A stretch of 64,000 nt of DNA from a virus (Duplodnaviria > Caudoviricetes), in IMG/VR virus record IMGVR_UViG_2882178878_000003, positions 21,909 to 85,908 of that record; one strand, given 5' to 3'. The notes beneath the pieces are model-generated. The model was not told the DNA's origin. It ran no database searches and saw only the letters and a program-made list of their open reading frames with translations. The position numbers were made by a program, and so were the translations under genes. Below are positions 58,413 to 64,000 of the stretch, in pieces. Positions within the stretch are counted from its first letter, which is position 1. Each line of letters begins with the position of its first letter.

Positions 58413-58787
58413 GTGAACGATCCAATCAGCAGCTCGGCCTTGCCGTGGTTTTTAAAAGTTTTTGTGGCCGTAGTCGGAGCAATCTTTGCCCTAGTGCTTT
58501 CGGGTGATATTGACCAGAACGGTAATTTTAAAGTCAGTATCAAGCTGATTGCAAACCTTGCCTTTAGCGTGTGCTTTAGCCTGTCAGGTGGTAGTGCCTT
58601 TATTGAGTACTATGATCTTGGTCATAAAAGCCTGATGACCCATGGTTTTATCATGCTGATGTGCGCGGTGTTTGGCATGCTGGTGGTCGGTATCTTGTAT
58701 CAGGCGGTTGCACTGTATAAGGGTAGATCCTTGGGTGAGATTGTGACCGAAGTGAAACGCGCTTTTGCGGCCATAGTAGGGAAGTGA
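58413..58787 (+). CDS. Holin (probable)
   Basis: 124 aa with three hydrophobic segments; directly before the endolysin. Confidence 0.7.
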   Translation: MNDPISSSALPWFLKVFVAVVGAIFALVLSGDIDQNGNFKVSIKLIANLAFSVCFSLSGGSAFIEYYDLGHKSLMTHGFIMLMCAVFGMLVVGILYQAVALYKGRSLGEIVTEVKRAFAAIVGK

Positions 58788-58793
58788 AGCATC

Positions 58794-59492
58794 ATGGACG
58801 TTAAACAGTTACAACAATGGCTTAATGATCATGGTGCCAGCCCTAAGCTGGTTATCGATGGGCAGGGTGGTGCACTAACCCGTGCAGCCATTATCAATGT
58901 ATTCGTCAACAAGCAGGCGACTCCCATCACACCCGCTGAAGTACTGGCCATTGCAACCCGGCTGGGCGATACCAATGACCGCCGTATCCGGGCCGTTGCC
59001 AGTGTTGAAGCCAAAGGCTCAGGCTGGTTCACCAGTGGCTTGCCTAAAATCCTGTATGAGCGTCATTACTTTTATCGTTTAACCCGCGGGAAGTTCGGTA
59101 TTACCTGGTATAGCAATTCTAAAGCCGGTGATTATACGCAGGACAAAAACGATAATGATGTGATTGATAGTTGGGAAAAGCTGGCTTATGCAGCATGCAA
59201 GGATCCTGATGCCGCTTTCCAGTCCATTAGTATCGGTAAGTTTCAAGTCATGGGCGTGCATTACAAGATGCTTGGCTATAGTCACCCAATTGAAATGCTT
59301 TGGGCGGCGCGTAACAGTGAATTAACACACTATGAAATGCTGGCAGGTTATATCAAGTCATTTGGACTGCAAATGGCATTCTTGAAGCTATCCAGCACTC
59401 CTAAGGACTGTATCCCCTTTGCTTCAGGTTACAATGGCCCTAAATATGCCGATTATGATTATCACATTGAATTGGCCAAAGCGCTGAAATAA
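58794..59492 (+). CDS. Endolysin: PG-binding domain plus N-acetylmuramidase (DUF3380-like)
   Basis: VKQLQQWLN..G..L.IDG..G..T, AVASVEAKGSG, KILYERHYF, SIGKFQVMG.HY and YNGP motifs. Confidence 0.88.
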   Translation: MDVKQLQQWLNDHGASPKLVIDGQGGALTRAAIINVFVNKQATPITPAEVLAIATRLGDTNDRRIRAVASVEAKGSGWFTSGLPKILYERHYFYRLTRGKFGITWYSNSKAGDYTQDKNDNDVIDSWEKLAYAACKDPDAAFQSISIGKFQVMGVHYKMLGYSHPIEMLWAARNSELTHYEMLAGYIKSFGLQMAFLKLSSTPKDCIPFASGYNGPKYADYDYHIELAKALK

Positions 59493-59534
59493 CCTGGTAA
59501 AAAGAGCGGCAACTTTAAAGCTTGCTACTCTTTT

Positions 59535-59765
59535 TTAATTAAAAATGGGGCAGAATGGCAGCGCGTTAAGCATGGATTGCTGACAGACATTTCTCAAAAT
59601 AAAATACATGAAAATCCCTGCAATTAATAAAAAGGGAATCAAAATTTTCAGGGTAAGTGACCAGTTTACCAGTTCCTGATTGCCGCATCTACAATACCAA
59701 AAATAGTGTTTTACGGGTCGGCCACAAGCTGGGCAGCGTGAATGGTTGATTGTGTATTTACTCAT
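59535..59765 (-). CDS. Zn-ribbon plus transmembrane small protein
   Basis: CPACG..CRCG followed by a hydrophobic helix. Confidence 0.5.
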   Translation of the reverse strand: MSKYTINHSRCPACGRPVKHYFWYCRCGNQELVNWSLTLKILIPFLLIAGIFMYFILRNVCQQSMLNALPFCPIFN

Positions 59766-59777
59766 TATTAATCCTTC

Positions 59778-60068
59778 TTACTGACAATCTTTGTCACAGG
59801 CCACGCCATCGTTATCCCGATCCAGCCGTGTTATGCCACAGCGTAGGGCACGTTGGGCATCGGCACAGTCGGCAATATCAGCACACCGGGTCGGCAGGTT
59901 AGAGCAGCTCTCTGTCTTTTTAGCCTTTTGGCTTTTAGTCGTTTTGGCCACTGATTTTTTAGAAGTCTGGTCGGTGGTGCCAAACGGATTGGATGTTTCG
60001 GCATAAGCGGGACTAGCAAAGAGGCTTAAGATCATTAATAACCGAATAAGCATAGTATTCCTCGGCAT
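59778..60068 (-). CDS. Exported Excalibur Ca-binding domain protein
   Basis: Signal peptide (LLMILSLFASPAYA); C....C..A...L.CG..RLDRDNDGVACD. Confidence 0.8.
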   Translation of the reverse strand: MPRNTMLIRLLMILSLFASPAYAETSNPFGTTDQTSKKSVAKTTKSQKAKKTESCSNLPTRCADIADCADAQRALRCGITRLDRDNDGVACDKDCQ

Positions 60069-60124
60069 TTATTATTTACCGTTTGGCTATTTATACACGG
60101 ACCGTTAAAATCAGCAAGCACTAG

Positions 60125-60376
60125 ATGACAATCAGTAGATTAAAAATGCGCATTACAACACTTATTTTATTTATTCTTGGCTTTTTCTTGGCAACACTTG
60201 TCCCGATGCTTATTGTTGACTATTTACCCTGGGAAGCGGGCTATAAGCAGGGTACAGGGGAGTATTCTGGCCATTCCAGTGCCCGATTTATGAAGTCAGC
60301 CAGGGAATGTACGCTTGATCCGGACGTGGCCAATGATGAGGCTTTTCAGCGAGGATGCAGGGCTTTTTTTGACTAA
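60125..60376 (+). CDS. Small membrane protein
   Basis: 83 aa with a hydrophobic N-terminus. Confidence 0.45.
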   Translation: MTISRLKMRITTLILFILGFFLATLVPMLIVDYLPWEAGYKQGTGEYSGHSSARFMKSARECTLDPDVANDEAFQRGCRAFFD

Positions 60377-60629
60377 AGATTATTCGTCATCATGCGCTGG
60401 CATTTCAACTTTGCCATCTAAAAAATCAGCATACCATTGAAGCATATCACTTCTTTTTTTAACCAAGGGCGGAATAAAAAAGCACCCTAGATAGGGTGCT
60501 AATTTAGGGGGAAAGGTCAGCTTCAGCACAACCCCCTAAGACTATGTTTTAATTTATGTAGCACCTGTTTTAACATTACGGTCTGGATTGTTTGATTAAA
60601 AGTATAAATAACAATTACTTATCTTTATT

Positions 60630-60656
60630 GTTCGAGTCCCATTAGCCACCCCATTT
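60630..60656 (+). repeat. attR core
   Basis: Identical to 48-74. Confidence 0.92.
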
Positions 60657-60848
60657 CCTTTTCTAAATTTCAAACAATAAAAAAACGATTATTTTTGCTA
60701 TCTATTTAATCGCTTTCTCCGGTCAATTCTGTTCTTTACTTTTTAGTTAACACTTCTACCACTAACCGCACTTTTATTCGCTTTTGCACCTCATTTATCT
60801 TTCAGATACAATTTAATCAACATTTCATGATGGCTGAAATCCCTAGCA

Positions 60849-61235
60849 ATGATGCCAACCTTTCGCCAACAGCTTGTATAGCGGCGTACCTTACTGGGTG
60901 CAGTCACTTTATTGTGTTTGCTATGGCACATCTTGCTACCTACTTTAGTGTATGTAGGGATGGTGCTAGCATTATTTGCTTTTCCAAGCCATTGTCAGCC
61001 AGCTGTGTTTAGCAATGGGTATTCTGTTATCGATGCAAATAATGCTCTGGAACAATCTATAGTATGGGACCATTCCAGAACAGATGGCCTTATGCAGCAT
61101 CAGATGCCAATGCCTGCTTCCACACAGCAATTCATGACTGCATCAGCCAGTGATACTTTTCATACGCAGCATGCCCATGAAGTATTTACCCTGGCTTCTA
61201 AAATTATGAAGCACTGTCCCCTGTGTCGATATTGA
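60849..61235 (+). pseudogene. Possible DUF2946-like gene interrupted by an in-frame TAG
   Basis: MMPTFRQQLV*RRTLLGAVTLLCLLWHILLP... with TAG at 60879-60881; His-rich, ending HCPLC. Confidence 0.3.
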
Positions 61236-61256
61236 GCTAACTACTATAAAAATAAA

Positions 61257-61291
61257 ATGCCTGTTTTCTATTCATTATAGAAAACAGGCAT
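61257..61291. terminator. 14-bp inverted repeat downstream of proS
   Basis: ATGCCTGTTTTCTA / TAGAAAACAGGCAT with a 7-nt loop. Confidence 0.65.
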
Positions 61292-61368
61292 GAGTCGCTT
61301 TGTAATCAATCATCCTGCTTTTAATTCTGGTTCAACGCAGGATTAAGCTGGTAACAATCCGGCAGATA

Positions 61369-63087
61369 TTAACCCTTTAACACCGCCAGTAATTCATCCT
61401 TGCTGAGTTCGCGGGCATCGCTATCACGGCGGCCTTTATATTCAAACGTGCCAGCATCCAGACCACGTTCAGACACCACGATACGATGCGGAATACCAAC
61501 CAGCTCAAGGTCAGAAAACTTCACACCCGGACGTTCATTGCGATCATCCAGCAGCACATCAAACCCGGCACCCAGCAATTCGTTATACAACTCCTCGGCA
61601 GCGGCAACCGCACGTGGCGATTTGGCCTGATTCATAGGCACAATCGCTACTGAAAATGGTGCAATGCTTTGTGGCCAGATAATACCCTTGTCATCAAAAT
61701 TTTGCTCAATGGCAGCGGCTACCACACGTGTCACGCCAATGCCATAACAGCCCATGGTCACCACAAATGGCTTGCCATCTTCACCCAGCACCTTGCAATT
61801 TAAGGCTTCGGAGTATTTCTGACCCAACTGGAAAATATGGCCCACTTCAATACCGCGCTTAATGTTAATCACCCCTTTTCCATCAGGCGAAGGATCACCA
61901 TTCACCACGTTGCGGATGTCCGCCACTAGCGTAATTTGTGCATCACGCTCCCAGTTCAGGCCAGTCCCATGCTTGCCTGCCTGATTAGCGCCTGCGACAA
62001 AATCAGCCAGCACTGATGCTGCACGATCCACAATCACCGGAATGTTTAAGCCTTGTGGGCCAATGGAACCCAATTCCAGACCCAGCGCTTTCACTTCATC
62101 CTCACTGGCAAAGGTGAGCGGTGCGGCTACTTGGGGCAGTTTTTCAGCCTTAATGTCGTTTAGCTCATGGTCACCACGTAGCACCAGTGCCACCAGACTA
62201 TATTTGCCCTTGCTGTTGGGATCAGAATCATCCGCCACACCACGCACTATTAAGGTTTTGACTGTCTGGCTTGGACTTACATTTAAGAAATTGCTCACTT
62301 CGTCAATGGTTTTTGCATTAGGAGTATCGACAACCTGCATGGCCTGCGCTGGGGCAGGGCGTGTACCTGTAACCACGGCTTCGGCCATTTCAACATTCGC
62401 TGCAAAGTCAGATTCTGTTGAAAATGCAATGTCATCTTCACCGCTGTCAGCCAGTACATGAAACTCATGCGAGCCATTACCACCAATCGAACCCGTATCG
62501 GCCTGCACGGCACGGAAATTCAGTCCCAGCCGGTTAAAAATGGCATGATAAGTGTCATACATGCCCTGATAGGTTTCTTCCAGAGATGCCTGATTGGCAT
62601 GGAAAGAATAGGCATCTTTCATGATAAATTCGCGCGAACGCATCACCCCAAAACGTGGACGGATTTCATCACGGAACTTGGTTTGCACCTGATAAAAATT
62701 CACTGGCAATTGCTTGTAGCTTTTTAGCTCCTGACGGGCCAGGTCAGTAATGACTTCTTCATGCGTTGGGCCAAGCACAAACGGGCGGTCATGGCGATCA
62801 CGGAAGCGCAGCAGTTCCGGGCCATAGGCCTGTGCACGGCCAGATTCTTCCCATAGCTCAATCGGCTGGGTGACCGGCATCAGCACTTCCATGGCACTTT
62901 TATTCATTTCTTCACGAATAATGGCCGTTACTTTATTTAGCACTCGCACACCCAGCGGCAGCCACGTGTACAGACCGGTAGCCAGTTTACGAATCATGCC
63001 CGCACGGAGCATGAGCTGGTGCGAAATCACCTCGGCATCACCGGGGGTTTCGCGTAAAGTAGCAAACATTAAGCGGCTGGCGCGCAT
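61369..63087 (-). CDS. proS: Proline--tRNA ligase
   Basis: [46 protein letters not shown], an INS editing domain, and [11 protein letters not shown] motifs. Confidence 0.98.
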   Translation of the reverse strand: MRASRLMFATLRETPGDAEVISHQLMLRAGMIRKLATGLYTWLPLGVRVLNKVTAIIREEMNKSAMEVLMPVTQPIELWEESGRAQAYGPELLRFRDRHDRPFVLGPTHEEVITDLARQELKSYKQLPVNFYQVQTKFRDEIRPRFGVMRSREFIMKDAYSFHANQASLEETYQGMYDTYHAIFNRLGLNFRAVQADTGSIGGNGSHEFHVLADSGEDDIAFSTESDFAANVEMAEAVVTGTRPAPAQAMQVVDTPNAKTIDEVSNFLNVSPSQTVKTLIVRGVADDSDPNSKGKYSLVALVLRGDHELNDIKAEKLPQVAAPLTFASEDEVKALGLELGSIGPQGLNIPVIVDRAASVLADFVAGANQAGKHGTGLNWERDAQITLVADIRNVVNGDPSPDGKGVINIKRGIEVGHIFQLGQKYSEALNCKVLGEDGKPFVVTMGCYGIGVTRVVAAAIEQNFDDKGIIWPQSIAPFSVAIVPMNQAKSPRAVAAAEELYNELLGAGFDVLLDDRNERPGVKFSDLELVGIPHRIVVSERGLDAGTFEYKGRRDSDARELSKDELLAVLKG

Positions 63088-63557
63088 GGATATATGTCCT
63101 AAAGCAAAAATCTAAACTGAAAAAATCATCAATATTGAAAGAAACCAACAATTGCCGATGGCATGTCTGGTTACATCGCAGAATGTCGGATCGTTAACTG
63201 ACGATGTATATGGCGATATTCTAGCGTTTTTTAGGGATGGCTCACCATAAAAATTATAGGCTTTTTAACGAAGCACTGATTAATAATTTTCCTTATAACT
63301 CCAAGAATTATTACTGCATAATTTATTAAATTAAGCTATTAATTTTTAATATTTTATGAATGGATGAAATTAAATTAAAGGAGAAGTATAACGGGTGCTT
63401 TTATCTAGAGATGGTAATGCTAAAAGCCCCATTGAAAGTCTAGCAAACTGATAAATCAATGTAGCAAATAATGATCTGGTGAACCCATGGGTAAAATGAT
63501 GATTGATAGTGTCTCTAATAAAGATCAATTAGAAAATAAATCGCCTAACGCGACATC

Positions 63558-63800
63558 ATGTTTTGTGAAGGGCACATTATTTCAGAAGTACATGGTCTTC
63601 TAAATGGCGCAGTAGAAGAGCTGGATTATAGAATATTTTTAGATGACGTTAAGAGTTTCGGAAACACAGAGGGCGTTTATATTTATGATTACACTAAGTT
63701 AAATCCACCAGAAATTAATCGCTTGATGAATCTTGGAGAAGGGTCTACAACGATTGGCGAATTTTGTAATAGTGGTGCCTGCTTAGCCCCATTTAAATAG
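63558..63800 (+). CDS. Hypothetical protein (AT-rich)
   Basis: 80-aa ORF; no family recognised. Confidence 0.35.
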   Translation: MFCEGHIISEVHGLLNGAVEELDYRIFLDDVKSFGNTEGVYIYDYTKLNPPEINRLMNLGEGSTTIGEFCNSGACLAPFK

Positions 63801-63808
63801 GGAATCTC

Positions 63809-64000
63809 ATGATGAAATCAGAACGAACTTATTGTGTAAAAGTGTGGAATCCCATCACAGAAGAAGAAAGACAGAAATTAACCAAACAGGAAATTAGAAA
63901 GCTAGACTATCATAGACGCAATTATGAGTTTATTTACGAAGAATTTTTAGCATATGATCTTTTTGATGCTACAGATAAAGTAATTAAAATATGGAAATAA
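63809..64000 (+). CDS. Hypothetical protein (AT-rich)
   Basis: 63-aa ORF with a GGGA RBS-like sequence; no family recognised. Confidence 0.35.
   Translation: MMKSERTYCVKVWNPITEEERQKLTKQEIRKLDYHRRNYEFIYEEFLAYDLFDATDKVIKIWK

Larger units (their letters stand above)
48..60656. mobile_element. Integrated temperate prophage (~60.6 kb), lambdoid early region with podovirus-like (N4-gp56 capsid) morphogenesis genes
   Basis: Flanked by identical 27-bp direct repeats, with the integrase next to the left repeat. The full module set (immunity, replication, packaging, head, tail, ejection, lysis) is present and no disrupted core ORF is seen. Confidence 0.95.

Overview
Almost the whole window (48-60656) is one apparently intact ~60.6 kb temperate prophage. 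It is bounded by a 27-bp direct repeat matching the 3' end of tRNA-His and carries a P4-type tyrosine integrase at its left end. The early region is lambda-like: AlpA excisionase, RecT-like and Cas4-like recombination genes, PL/OL, cI, OR, cro, an RHH protein, a DUF1376-type replication protein and a DnaC-like loader. The late region is podovirus-like: terminase, portal, scaffold, N4-gp56-type major capsid, tail proteins, ejection proteins including a 4979-aa methyltransferase/SNF2-helicase polyvalent protein, holin and muramidase endolysin. Host DNA follows, including proS; the host is probably Moraxellaceae (inference). Five observations stand out. (1) An anti-CRISPR-like island between the early genes and terS has a near-consensus sigma70 promoter with an operator palindrome, an acidic 88-aa ORF and an AcrIC6-like domain fused to an HTH. 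(2) Immediately beside it lies a solitary type I-C CRISPR repeat-like unit, a candidate RNA anti-CRISPR. (3) Nine copies of CCCCTGTA(A/G)GG sit at a fixed spacing from -10-like hexamers and define a candidate late-promoter regulon. (4) A nucleotidyltransferase-like plus unknown two-gene cassette occupies the lambda rexAB position. (5) Other candidate counter-defence genes are present: a Gp49/66-family protein, an orphan HigA, an RyR-domain protein and a CsrA-like protein. All family assignments come from motif recognition and memory; no searches were run.
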